From IMG/VR virus record IMGVR_UViG_3300025701_000008: DNA of 20,000 nucleotides; one strand, written 5' to 3'. A model generated the notes under the pieces. The model was given only the letters and a program-made list of their open reading frames with translations. It was not told where the DNA came from and searched no databases. Positions 7,273-16,056 of the stretch are shown one piece after another. This DNA comes from an uncultured virus (IMG/VR IMGVR_UViG_3300025701_000008). Taxonomy: Duplodnaviria; Heunggongvirae; Uroviricota; Caudoviricetes. Within the stretch, counting starts at the first letter, position 1; each line of letters starts with the position of its first letter. The translations under genes were made by a program, and so were the position numbers.

Positions 7273-8322
7273 TTATTTTTTAGAAGTTTTACGTAGAGCG
7301 TCCAAGTAACCTTCCATCATAGATGAAACTTCTACTTCGATTTCGGCGTCGTCAGACAATACTGACTCATCGATTTGCTCTGGGATTTCTTTAGAGAAGT
7401 AAGATGCTTTGATTGTAGCGATCTTTTTAACGAAGGTTTCTTCGCAATCAAAGTCTACATTCTCAACAAGTGATTTTAATTTCTCTGCTTGAGTGTCTGC
7501 GAGTCCACGAGATGCTTCAGCGATAATAGTATTACGCTTATAAGTTTCAAGTTCTTCCGCAAGTGCGATAGCGTCACCAGTAGTAGAGTTAAGTTTTTCT
7601 TCTAACTCATCAACCTGTGATGCCAATTCGTCAACTAGGTCAACCTTGGTTTCAGGAACTTCAACATAAGATTCTACGAATAGGTCTTTCATTGACGACA
7701 TAAAGTTTTCTGCGATTTCAGTACGGAGACCGTTCTGGATTGCTAACTGATTGTCTTCCATCCAAGTTTCAACTACATAGTTTAGGTAAGAATCTACTTT
7801 TCCAACTAAGTCCGTCTTAATAGACGAGACTGCTTCGGATAGTTCTTCTTGATATTGTTCTTCGAGACGAGTAACTTCTTCACTAAGCTTGGTATTAACC
7901 GCTGCTTCGAAAATAATTGCTGTTTTCTCTTTGAACTCTTCTGATAGAGTTGCCTCACCATCGACGATAGCAGATAACTCAGCACGAGTATCAGTAAAGT
8001 CTTCGGCGATATCTTCTAGGTCAACACCTTCACATACCTTGGCATATGCTGCTTGCAAATCACCTTTCTTCATTTTTGAAGCGGCTTTATACATTGCGTT
8101 CAACATTCCTGCTTTGGTTTTTGGTAGAGAGGCTTTGCTTGTTGCGTCTGCCGCTTTATCCACAGATGCAATTGACTCTGGCTCAGAAACTTCCTGACCG
8201 TCTGTCGATGCGCCTTTAGACACAGGAGCTTTTGCTTCTCCGAGAGTTTCCTCCACGATTTCGTTAGTATCAACATCAATATCGCGGATTTCAACTTCGA
8301 CTTCTTTGTTAAGATTAGTCAT
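7273..8322 (-). CDS. gp22: Prohead core scaffolding protein (T4 gp22)
   Basis: LSEEFKEKTAIIFEAAV and VDSYLNYVVETWMEDNQLAIQNGLRTEIAENFM. Acidic coiled coil located between gp21 and gp23. Confidence 0.95.
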   Translation of the reverse strand: MTNLNKEVEVEIRDIDVDTNEIVEETLGEAKAPVSKGASTDGQEVSEPESIASVDKAADATSKASLPKTKAGMLNAMYKAASKMKKGDLQAAYAKVCEGVDLEDIAEDFTDTRAELSAIVDGEATLSEEFKEKTAIIFEAAVNTKLSEEVTRLEEQYQEELSEAVSSIKTDLVGKVDSYLNYVVETWMEDNQLAIQNGLRTEIAENFMSSMKDLFVESYVEVPETKVDLVDELASQVDELEEKLNSTTGDAIALAEELETYKRNTIIAEASRGLADTQAEKLKSLVENVDFDCEETFVKKIATIKASYFSKEIPEQIDESVLSDDAEIEVEVSSMMEGYLDALRKTSKK

Positions 8323-8332
8323 AGATGACTCC

Positions 8333-8992
8333 TTATAGTTTAGATTTGATTAACGAGAGGAAATTCTTAAACTCACGAATCTGCACTTCTGGACGAATTG
8401 CAGCGGGTGCTTGTTTGATTTCAGTCTCTATCTTTTCAATTGCTTGAGGTGTAAGAATACCATTATCCCAGACCCAGTCTACACCTTCCATGATACCGTT
8501 AACAAAGGCATCAGGTGCGGAGGGGTCTTGTACTATATCAATAGTACTAAGAATAAAGTCATCTTTGACGTAGTTCACGCCATTTCTTGTCTCAAGACTT
8601 CCCATACCACGAGTTGACACTCCTAGTTGAACACCACCCTCAAGTAGACCTTTTACAATCTTACCCATTGGAGTATCCAATATTTGTGCCCTTCCAATCA
8701 CATTATTACCTTCAATTTTTAATTCGGTAATAAGGTGTGAAACTTTATCCAAGTTAACAGTTGGGCCTTCCGGATGATTTAACTCACCGACTGCTCTCTT
8801 TTTGCTAACTTGTTCTGTAACGTACTTGTTTACAGCGTTTTCCATAATTGCTTTAGGGTAAACACGTCCGTTTCTATTCTTTTGGTCAGCTTGTGCGAAC
8901 ACACCTTCAATAACATAGTTCTTCTCGCCATTATCTTTGGCTTCAACAATGCATTCTAAGTTAGTTTCTGTAAATTCGCTAATTAGCTTCAT
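8333..8992 (-). CDS. gp21: Prohead protease (T4 gp21)
   Basis: IEGVFAQADQKNRNGRVYP, GELNHP, LGVSTRGMGSL and DIVQDPSAPDAFV. Confidence 0.97.
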   Translation of the reverse strand: MKLISEFTETNLECIVEAKDNGEKNYVIEGVFAQADQKNRNGRVYPKAIMENAVNKYVTEQVSKKRAVGELNHPEGPTVNLDKVSHLITELKIEGNNVIGRAQILDTPMGKIVKGLLEGGVQLGVSTRGMGSLETRNGVNYVKDDFILSTIDIVQDPSAPDAFVNGIMEGVDWVWDNGILTPQAIEKIETEIKQAPAAIRPEVQIREFKNFLSLIKSKL

Positions 8993-9183
8993 TTTATTTT
9001 TCCTAAGTCCTTTAAGACTTGTTTCGCAGTTAACTCTGCCTCTTTTTGTGTACTGAAAGAATCTACACGGTCGCCATCAATTTCAAGTTCGAAACCTTTC
9101 GAGCTTTTAGTGATAACTACAGGATAACCCCCCATCTTCTTATTGAAGACTTTATTTTCTCTTAGTTGGTTAAATTTTTTCAT
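8989..9183 (-). CDS. Small basic protein in the prohead-core (gp68) position
   Basis: Start placed at ATG 9183 (MKKFNQLRE..., GAGG RBS, downstream of the late promoter) rather than 9276. Overlaps the gp21 start. gp68 identity is by synteny only. Confidence 0.65.
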   Translation of the reverse strand: MKKFNQLRENKVFNKKMGGYPVVITKSSKGFELEIDGDRVDSFSTQKEAELTAKQVLKDLGKIK

Positions 9184-9200
9184 TACATCCTCTTTTGTAT

Positions 9201-9208
9201 TATTTATA
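9201..9208 (-). promoter_or_regulatory. T4-type late promoter for the gp68-like/gp21/gp22/gp23 unit
   Basis: Intergenic TATAAATA, 17 nt upstream of ATG 9183. Confidence 0.85.
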
Positions 9209-9220
9209 CAAAAAGTATTT

Positions 9221-9862
9221 TTAGGAATACAATCTCTTAGTACTACCCCATTGTTGTTCGGCATATATCTTTCCATTACCCTTATATGGTGTGGAACGAA
9301 CTGAATAATGACGAGGTATCGTGTAATGAGATGGCCAGATAGTCAACTTATGTTTCTCCTTATCAGGTACAAATTGTGAAAGAAATTCATTACCTGTGGA
9401 TTGCCATGGTTTTAAACTAAGTTGTTCTGGAGTTAATTCATGTAGTGTATCTATCAATAATTTAACGAATGTATTTCCCGCGTTACATGCCTGAACTGGT
9501 GATATCCAGTTAGGTGCTATATGTGGGTCACGGTCATTCTCGAATATACTATATGCGTAATCAGGGGGACTTGTGAATACCTCATCCATGTTATGATAAC
9601 ATATTGCGTCTGCTGGTGGTAGAAACCCACCGTCTTCATACAATAGTTCATAACGTATAAGGTCTGCCACACCCGCCCATACTTTATTGGTATAATAATA
9701 ATCAATGAGATGCTGATTATGCCACTTACGTGCTTTCAACATCTCATCAGTAAATATACTATATTCCCAATCCGGATGTTTGTCTTTCCAACTAGGCATC
9801 CATTGAGTAGGTGGTTCATATGGGCCTATCCATATATGAACCATCTTTTTCCTAATATTCAT
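9221..9862 (-). CDS. Glycosyltransferase, GT32/OCH1-like (DXD sugar-binding family)
   Basis: I(R)KKMVHIWIG...WMPSWKDKHPDWEY...ADLIRYELLYEDGGF...STG fits the family pattern IPKxIHxxW...SW...PDWEY...sDxxRyxxLyxxGGiYxDxD...TGP. The DxD position reads PAD. Confidence 0.8.
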   Translation of the reverse strand: MNIRKKMVHIWIGPYEPPTQWMPSWKDKHPDWEYSIFTDEMLKARKWHNQHLIDYYYTNKVWAGVADLIRYELLYEDGGFLPPADAICYHNMDEVFTSPPDYAYSIFENDRDPHIAPNWISPVQACNAGNTFVKLLIDTLHELTPEQLSLKPWQSTGNEFLSQFVPDKEKHKLTIWPSHYTIPRHYSVRSTPYKGNGKIYAEQQWGSTKRLYS

Positions 9863-10110
9863 TATTCAGAATCTTCGTCTTCTTCATAGTCGTCGTCGAT
9901 ATCTGTGTCATATGGTTCTTCACCATTAAAAATCTGTCCAGCTACCGCAATTTTCTCAGCGTCTAATGTAGATTGTACTTTATCACCGAGCATATCATCA
10001 AATAACGACTTGGCAGAAGTAAAATCTCCTACCTCTAACGCATTGACAAAGTCTAATGCAGGATCTGCTTGTTCATTATTTTCATTTACTAAATTTGTTT
10101 CTTCAATCAT
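9862..10110 (-). CDS. Small acidic prohead core protein (gp67 position)
   Basis: Start placed at ATG 10110 (GGAG RBS), immediately after the gp20 stop. DFVNALEVGDFTSAKSLFDDMLGDKVQSTLDAEKIAVAGQIF plus an acidic tail, as in gp67-like proteins. Confidence 0.75.
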   Translation of the reverse strand: MIEETNLVNENNEQADPALDFVNALEVGDFTSAKSLFDDMLGDKVQSTLDAEKIAVAGQIFNGEEPYDTDIDDDYEEDEDSE

Positions 10111-10111
10111 T

Positions 10112-11617
10112 TTATATCTCCAAATCGTCTTCGTCGTCAGAATTAGCATTTTCAGCCTCAACTTCTTTACGCATATTTTCTATGTCTTCATCATCAAACA
10201 TCATTACATTTTTCATTACCCACTCGCGTGAGAAATATTCACCTACATATTGAGAAATCTGATCCATAGTCTGTAGACGTTCTCGTAACAACTCAGCGTC
10301 TTTTAATTCAGAGAAGTGATTATCTCGATTAAAGTCAATCTGAATTTGGTTCTTCCAACTTTCCCAATCTTGTTCAGTACATACACCCGTCAATATTAAT
10401 TGTTTCTTGAGGATACCTATAAACAACTGAGAAAACTTTTTACGTAATCTGTCAATAAACTTCTGGAACTTTATTTCGTCTCGGCCAATCTCGGTAGACC
10501 TACCTAAACTAAATTGACTCTCTTGTTCTAGTCTATTTAGAGGAACATTAAGTGAGCGATATAACTTCTTCTGGAAGTATATGATGTCGTCAATCTGTCC
10601 TAGGTTTTCACCGCCAGGTAGTGTACTAATCTCAGTACCACGACCACCTTCACGACGAGGTAACCAGAAATCTTCGAGCATAGACATGTGTTTTTTGTCG
10701 TCTTTAATTTCACCAGTATTTGCGTCATATACAACTTTATTGCGATACCTAGACATAATGTCTTTGATATGTTGTTCTGCTTTACCTTTAGGTAAGTTAC
10801 CCACGTCAATATAGAATATGCGACGTTCAGGCGCACGAGACATACGATAGATAACTAACGAGTCTTCCATCATACGTAATTGGTTTACAGGTTTAATTGC
10901 TTTTTGTAAGTAAGATAACACACGTGTCTTCGAGGAATCTAATAGTCCTGAAGTAACATATGAGATAGAATCTGGGGTAAGTCTAATACCGTTGTTAGCA
11001 CCAGCTCGTTCTTGAAATATGTAGAAATCTTTAGTCTTATCTACGACCTTGGCACCGGTTTTAGGGTCTTTCTTATACTCCACCTCTTTTACCTTGCGAA
11101 CCTTTGTCGCATCAATAGGGCGGATTTCTTGAATACCTGACTTGAGGTTTGATTCATTAACTACTAAATGATGATATAGTCGACCGTCAATATACCATGC
11201 TTTAAATATGTCATGTCCATATTCTTCAAAGTTCAGCATTGCTTTGATATTATCAAATTCTTCACTAATGGTTTTCTTTATTTTATCTGGAGCATCAACC
11301 TTATCTAGATTTAATGATAAAGACGACTCCAGTTCACTAGCGACAATACTTTCATTAATAATATCTTCAATTGCTGCGTCAACTTCTGGATGCTCAGCAA
11401 TACCGCGATATTTTTTAATAAGTTCTTGGTTATCTTTAGCGGCGGTACCTTCCATGTCGATATACTGACCGAAATATGAACCTGACGCAGTTACATATCC
11501 CGCACCGTCTTCATCTACCTTTGGTACAATCGAAGGAGTTTTTTTATTTTCCTCGCTTGTTTTAGTGACTTTCTTTAATTCGAAGCCAAACAGTTGAAGT
11601 ATATTGTTGTCTGCCAT
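10112..11617 (-). CDS. gp20: Portal vertex protein (T4 gp20)
   Basis: HPEVDAAIEDIINE, WYIDGRLY, NQLRMMEDSLVIYRMSRAPERRIFYIDVGNLPKGKAEQ and EDFWLPRREGGRGTEISTLPGG. Confidence 0.99.
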   Translation of the reverse strand: MADNNILQLFGFELKKVTKTSEENKKTPSIVPKVDEDGAGYVTASGSYFGQYIDMEGTAAKDNQELIKKYRGIAEHPEVDAAIEDIINESIVASELESSLSLNLDKVDAPDKIKKTISEEFDNIKAMLNFEEYGHDIFKAWYIDGRLYHHLVVNESNLKSGIQEIRPIDATKVRKVKEVEYKKDPKTGAKVVDKTKDFYIFQERAGANNGIRLTPDSISYVTSGLLDSSKTRVLSYLQKAIKPVNQLRMMEDSLVIYRMSRAPERRIFYIDVGNLPKGKAEQHIKDIMSRYRNKVVYDANTGEIKDDKKHMSMLEDFWLPRREGGRGTEISTLPGGENLGQIDDIIYFQKKLYRSLNVPLNRLEQESQFSLGRSTEIGRDEIKFQKFIDRLRKKFSQLFIGILKKQLILTGVCTEQDWESWKNQIQIDFNRDNHFSELKDAELLRERLQTMDQISQYVGEYFSREWVMKNVMMFDDEDIENMRKEVEAENANSDDEDDLEI

Positions 11618-11631
11618 TACATCCTCACGTT

Positions 11632-11659
11632 AAGAAAGACGGGGAGTTGTCCCCCCGTC
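11632..11659 (-). terminator. Stem-loop / probable terminator between gp19 and gp20
   Basis: Minus strand GACGGGGGG-ACAA-CTCCCCGTC (one G-U pair) followed by an imperfect U tract, TTTCTT. Confidence 0.65.
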
Positions 11660-11679
11660 GTCTCTTACTTATATCATTA

Positions 11680-12201
11680 TTAACTAGTTGTATTCGCTTC
11701 CCAGTACTGTACTTGGAATTCTACTGTAAATTCCTGTAGTGCTTCGTTATCATAACTAACATCAATTGCTGCGACGTTAGTAGGGAAACAACCACGGAAG
11801 TTGTAAGACTTCAAGACAGAACCGTCCTTATCTAACTGCTCTACGATTAGGTCAGCTTGATAAGTTACCGGATTAGTAAGACCAGTATTTGCGCTATGTG
11901 CGTTGATACCGTTCATCCAGCGTTCCATTGAATCACGGACTTCGAAACCAGTATCATTTAATACTGTAACAGTCCAAGGTTCAAAGGTACGGTCTCCAGC
12001 TAGTTTCAACTGGCGACCACGGAACGGAACTTCGATTACATTCATTACCGATGCTGGTAACTGAGCAGCTTTACACATGAATGATGTCAATTCAACATCA
12101 CCATCCGCATAGAATGGAAAGTTAAGAGTGGCACGGAATAGGTTACTACGTGCACCACCACCTTTTAGTTTTGCTTTAAAATCATCGACTCTAAGTGACA
12201 T
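11680..12201 (-). CDS. gp19: Tail tube protein (T4 gp19)
   Basis: DFKAKLKGGGARSNLF, CKAAQLPAS, VPFRGRQLKLAGDRTFEPWTVTVLND and QEFTVEFQVQYWE. Confidence 0.97.
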   Translation of the reverse strand: MSLRVDDFKAKLKGGGARSNLFRATLNFPFYADGDVELTSFMCKAAQLPASVMNVIEVPFRGRQLKLAGDRTFEPWTVTVLNDTGFEVRDSMERWMNGINAHSANTGLTNPVTYQADLIVEQLDKDGSVLKSYNFRGCFPTNVAAIDVSYDNEALQEFTVEFQVQYWEANTTS

Positions 12202-12213
12202 TTCAATATCTCC

Positions 12214-13956
12214 TTATACCGTGCCGACGATTTCTTCAAACACAACACCAGTTCTAACAGCAACAAAGTTAAGAGTAACATAGTTGATAGAACGAGAGGG
12301 TTTGATGAAAATCGATGCGACAAATTCATTACGGTCAACAACTTCAGATGTGTTGTTCGATTCATCACAAACTACTTTAAAGTCTGTAAGTCCACGACGA
12401 CCTTGGATTTCACGTAACAGTGGTTCTACAATGTTAACAAACTCAGCACGAGTAAATTCATCGTTGAATTCGAACATTACATTCTTACCAGCTACAGTGA
12501 TTGCGCGTTCCAGTGCGAGGAACAATCGACGTACGTTGATACGGTCGAATGCGCTTGGACGTTTCAGGTGAGTTTTATCACCGAATAATACAACGCCCTG
12601 GCCAGGAATATTAGCAATAGGGTTGATTGATGATTTGTAAAGGGTGTCACGTTCTGATTTATCTGCGTTCCAGACAATATCAGTAATACCCAAATAAACA
12701 CCACGACGAGCACCAGCAGGCGAGAACCACGGAGCAGACGCGATGTCTGACGCAGCCATTACACCGGCAGTAGAAGATGCCGCAGGAATATTAACATACT
12801 TGTTATTATACTTATCGAACACTTTTACGAAGTTATTATCCATAACTAGGTAAGATGATGTAGGTAGTAAATTGGATAGTGCGACAACATCAGTTGCTTT
12901 ATTAACACCATCAATAGACGTTTTATCAGGTGAAGCGACTACTATACAATCTTTACGTTGACGAGCAATACCTTCTAGATGAGTAATTACTGTATCAGCA
13001 TCAATAGCAGTTACACTCTGAGGAGCAATTAAGAAGTCTACTTCTACAGTTTCCGCATTTACGAATAAATCGAATGCGTTTGTAATTGCCGCAGTATCTA
13101 AAGCTTTAGATGCGACACCACCTCGTAATTTTAGACTGAAATGACTAATGCTGTAGTCAGATGCGTCTTCTATAACAGGAGCAGTTCCAGTTAAAGGACT
13201 CCATCCAGCATCACTAGCATCGCCTGCGAACCATACATATTTAGACTGGTTATCTAGTACGTCACCGATGAAGTTATTACCACCATCAGTGCTTTTAGCA
13301 CCAAGTGCCACAGAAACGTATTCGAAAACTTCTAAAACTGTGTTCGGAGTACCTGAAATTTCACCTGAATAGTCAACTACTACAACATGTACTTCATCAT
13401 TTGATGCGTTGCGGGCAGCTGCCCAATCTGAAGTACCTGGCGCAGATGTAAATATGTCGTTGTATTCCCAATCAGAGAAACCATTGGGCCCACAAACAGA
13501 AACTTGTAATGCGTTACCTAGTACGCCTGCGTATTTTGCTATAAATGAACCGTGGATATCTTGGTCTGTCAAGGTATTCCAATGGTCAGCATTTTTAACT
13601 ACCGGACGTTCTGATTCGTCAATTACATCAGATTCAGTTCCATCAGGGTTAAGCTCCATAATTGGGTCGCTAGATGCGTTACCGCCACCATTGTTAGAAC
13701 GAACTACATAAAGTGAACTTGAATATTTTAAGAAGTATGCTGCAGACAAGAAGTCTACTGCGTTATCTTTAGATGGTGACGCAAAAGTCGACACAAGACT
13801 CGTTTCACTTGAAACAAGAGTGCGCTGATCTATTGGGCCCCAGCCAAAATTACCTACTACTGCGCCTGTAGAAGTTTGAACATTTGGTATAGTACCAGAC
13901 AAGTCAATTTCTTTTACAATTACAGCAGGAGAGGCAGATGGGTGTGTGAGTGCCAT
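12214..13956 (-). CDS. gp18: Tail sheath protein (T4 gp18)
   Basis: SPAVIVKEIDL, F.WGP, PWFSPAGARRG, LFGDKT...SAFDRINVRRLF, FEFNDEFTR and IKPSRSINYVTLNFVAVRTG. Confidence 0.98.
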   Translation of the reverse strand: MALTHPSASPAVIVKEIDLSGTIPNVQTSTGAVVGNFGWGPIDQRTLVSSETSLVSTFASPSKDNAVDFLSAAYFLKYSSSLYVVRSNNGGGNASSDPIMELNPDGTESDVIDESERPVVKNADHWNTLTDQDIHGSFIAKYAGVLGNALQVSVCGPNGFSDWEYNDIFTSAPGTSDWAAARNASNDEVHVVVVDYSGEISGTPNTVLEVFEYVSVALGAKSTDGGNNFIGDVLDNQSKYVWFAGDASDAGWSPLTGTAPVIEDASDYSISHFSLKLRGGVASKALDTAAITNAFDLFVNAETVEVDFLIAPQSVTAIDADTVITHLEGIARQRKDCIVVASPDKTSIDGVNKATDVVALSNLLPTSSYLVMDNNFVKVFDKYNNKYVNIPAASSTAGVMAASDIASAPWFSPAGARRGVYLGITDIVWNADKSERDTLYKSSINPIANIPGQGVVLFGDKTHLKRPSAFDRINVRRLFLALERAITVAGKNVMFEFNDEFTRAEFVNIVEPLLREIQGRRGLTDFKVVCDESNNTSEVVDRNEFVASIFIKPSRSINYVTLNFVAVRTGVVFEEIVGTV

Positions 13957-14024
13957 AACTCTTTCCTTTTAATCGGTTGCGAATGATAAGTAAACATAAT
14001 ACGGATGAATTGCTTCAATAATAC

Positions 14025-14032
14025 TATTTATA
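14025..14032 (-). promoter_or_regulatory. T4-type late promoter for gp18-gp19
   Basis: Intergenic TATAAATA, overlapped by a TATAAGTA variant at 14031-14038. Confidence 0.85.
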
Positions 14033-14044
14033 CTTATAATATCT

Positions 14045-15667
14045 TTACCAATTATCACTCATAAAATCACTAGAAGCAATATCATGCCAACCTGAGTTGA
14101 GAGGATCTGACATATCTACTGTGTTGCTATAATCACTTCCATCATCAATAATTCCAAATGGGGGTATATCGTCTTCAATCTCTTTCATTCGTTGTTCAAA
14201 TAGCATTGTTCTGAAATCAATATCCGCAATATTACCGAAAGATTGTGAGCTCACGAAGTACCCGAACATTACTAAGTTCATCATCAAGTCATCGTGGTTA
14301 CCATCACTCGCTTCGAATGATAGTCCCTTAGACACAAAGGTTGATATTTCCATGATGGTATTTTCATCATGAATATCTAGTTTATGATTCTCGATGATAT
14401 CCTTAATTGCTGAACATCCAATTCGTTTGACTTTCTTGTCCATACGAATACCAATCGAATCTGCCTTGATTGCCGATTCTAGGTGGATGTTCTCATACTC
14501 TAAATCTTGATATAGACCGACACACACAACCATGCCTTGGTCATTGTTCTCTATCACACAATATGCTTCATTATATAAGGTAGCATATTTATAGATGATG
14601 TTGGGGTAGAGAATTGGTGATATTCTGTTATTTCGATATACACACACCTGTTTGAATGGTTGTACCGAAACATCAAATATAGTAAACGTTGAATAATCTT
14701 GTCCGCGACCTTGCGCAACATCGACGGTCATTATATACTGGTGGTCTATAAGAGGGTCTTCATATACTAATAATTCCCCACCCTCCAATCGACGAACTGG
14801 TTCACGCGCACGTAAATCCAGAAGTACTTGACCCTCAATGAGAGTGTTACCCGTACCGAAGAACGTATTACCAAATTCTTGGTCAAACTGTAATGCAGAG
14901 GTGTTTGCTATAGTTTGTTCTTTCCACTTCTCGTCTCGGCCAGGAACATCCCACCAATCGACACGAAAAGGTTTATAAGCATTAACACCCTGTACAGCAC
15001 CTTCCCATATCTTCTGGAAAGTATTACCGATACCGTTTGCGGTAGAAGTGATAATTACTTTGGTGTCTTTACCTGAAGAGATAACCGGATACGTTGATGT
15101 ATAGAATTCAGCAGCATTTTCAACGAAAGCAAACTCGTCGAGAAACAGAAGATTAACAGACATACCACGAATAGAAGACCCAGAAGTAGCAGCAGCAATG
15201 ATTCTAGAATTATTACTAAACTCAATAGAACCTTTGTTGAGTGCCTTACAACCTGGCTGTAGAAAGAACGGGAGGTTCTCCAACATGAGCGTAACACGAG
15301 ATAGCATCTCACGAGCAGTAGCACCTTTGTTCGCAAGAACAGCAATAGTTTTTTCTGGATGGAATACAGCGTACCATAGGATATACCCTACCGAACTAAT
15401 TGATTTACCGGACTGCCGACAAGCAAGAACGATAGAAAATCTATTATCATTGAAGTGGTTAAACATATTTTCTTGATAATCATAAAGATTGAAAGGTACT
15501 AAACCTCTATCAAGATGGACTACCTTAACATACTTCCTACAAAAATACGCTGGGTCGGCCATACATTTGCGATATTCGTTAAGTTTCTTTTTATCCCATT
15601 CTTCAGCGACACCATCACGCTTCACCTGTGGGTTACCCAAGTATGAGTTCTTAGTATAGGATGTCAT
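14045..15667 (-). CDS. gp17: Terminase large subunit (T4 gp17)
   Basis: YLGNP, RQSGKS (Walker A), LFLDEFAF (Walker B), ITSTANG, TVDVAQGRGQDYS and HDDLMM. Confidence 0.98.
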   Translation of the reverse strand: MTSYTKNSYLGNPQVKRDGVAEEWDKKKLNEYRKCMADPAYFCRKYVKVVHLDRGLVPFNLYDYQENMFNHFNDNRFSIVLACRQSGKSISSVGYILWYAVFHPEKTIAVLANKGATAREMLSRVTLMLENLPFFLQPGCKALNKGSIEFSNNSRIIAAATSGSSIRGMSVNLLFLDEFAFVENAAEFYTSTYPVISSGKDTKVIITSTANGIGNTFQKIWEGAVQGVNAYKPFRVDWWDVPGRDEKWKEQTIANTSALQFDQEFGNTFFGTGNTLIEGQVLLDLRAREPVRRLEGGELLVYEDPLIDHQYIMTVDVAQGRGQDYSTFTIFDVSVQPFKQVCVYRNNRISPILYPNIIYKYATLYNEAYCVIENNDQGMVVCVGLYQDLEYENIHLESAIKADSIGIRMDKKVKRIGCSAIKDIIENHKLDIHDENTIMEISTFVSKGLSFEASDGNHDDLMMNLVMFGYFVSSQSFGNIADIDFRTMLFEQRMKEIEDDIPPFGIIDDGSDYSNTVDMSDPLNSGWHDIASSDFMSDNW

Positions 15668-16056
15668 ATATCAGAGTCTGGATTGATAATCTTATCATCA
15701 CCCAACAACATACGTTGTAGGTCTGTAGTAGACCCTACAAATAAATTATTATTAGTAGTAGTGTTTGCGTCGTTTGGTTTATCGTCTAATTTAGCAAGTT
15801 CTTTTTGTTTCTTATTTAAATCCATTAACTTATCGTTAACGTCAGCAATACCTTTAATCATACCAGATAGAACTTCAAACGCACGAGGATGCTCGCTTTC
15901 ACGAGCGACCTCAATCATTAGTTCTAAAGATTCGCGTCCCTTTTCTATAAGGTCATAATATGTTTCACGAGAATATTCATAGTCTTGTTCATGAACAAAG
16001 TTGCGCTTTTCTTCTTTATTAATTAATGTTGGAACTTTACTCGAATTGCTCATCAT
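15664..16056 (-). CDS. gp16: Terminase small subunit (T4 gp16)
   Basis: DYEYSRETYYDLIEKG...ARESEHPRAFEV...NNNLFVGSTTDLQRML. Confidence 0.95.
   Translation of the reverse strand: MMSNSSKVPTLINKEEKRNFVHEQDYEYSRETYYDLIEKGRESLELMIEVARESEHPRAFEVLSGMIKGIADVNDKLMDLNKKQKELAKLDDKPNDANTTTNNNLFVGSTTDLQRMLLGDDKIINPDSDI

Noticed and set aside
8989..10161. ORF-track starts at 9276 and 10161
   Set aside because: These longest-ORF extensions overlap neighbouring genes. RBS and promoter positions support ATG 9183 and ATG 10110.
14586..14593. TATAAATA inside gp17
   Set aside because: It is explained by the codons for Y-K-Y, no convincing RBS/start follows, and occasional chance matches of an all-AT octamer are expected. 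Another occurs on the + strand at 17284-17291.
2642..15667. Introns, inteins or homing endonucleases in uvsW, gp23, gp20 or gp17
   Set aside because: All are continuous ORFs of ordinary length with no visible LAGLIDADG, HNH, GIY-YIG or intein motifs.
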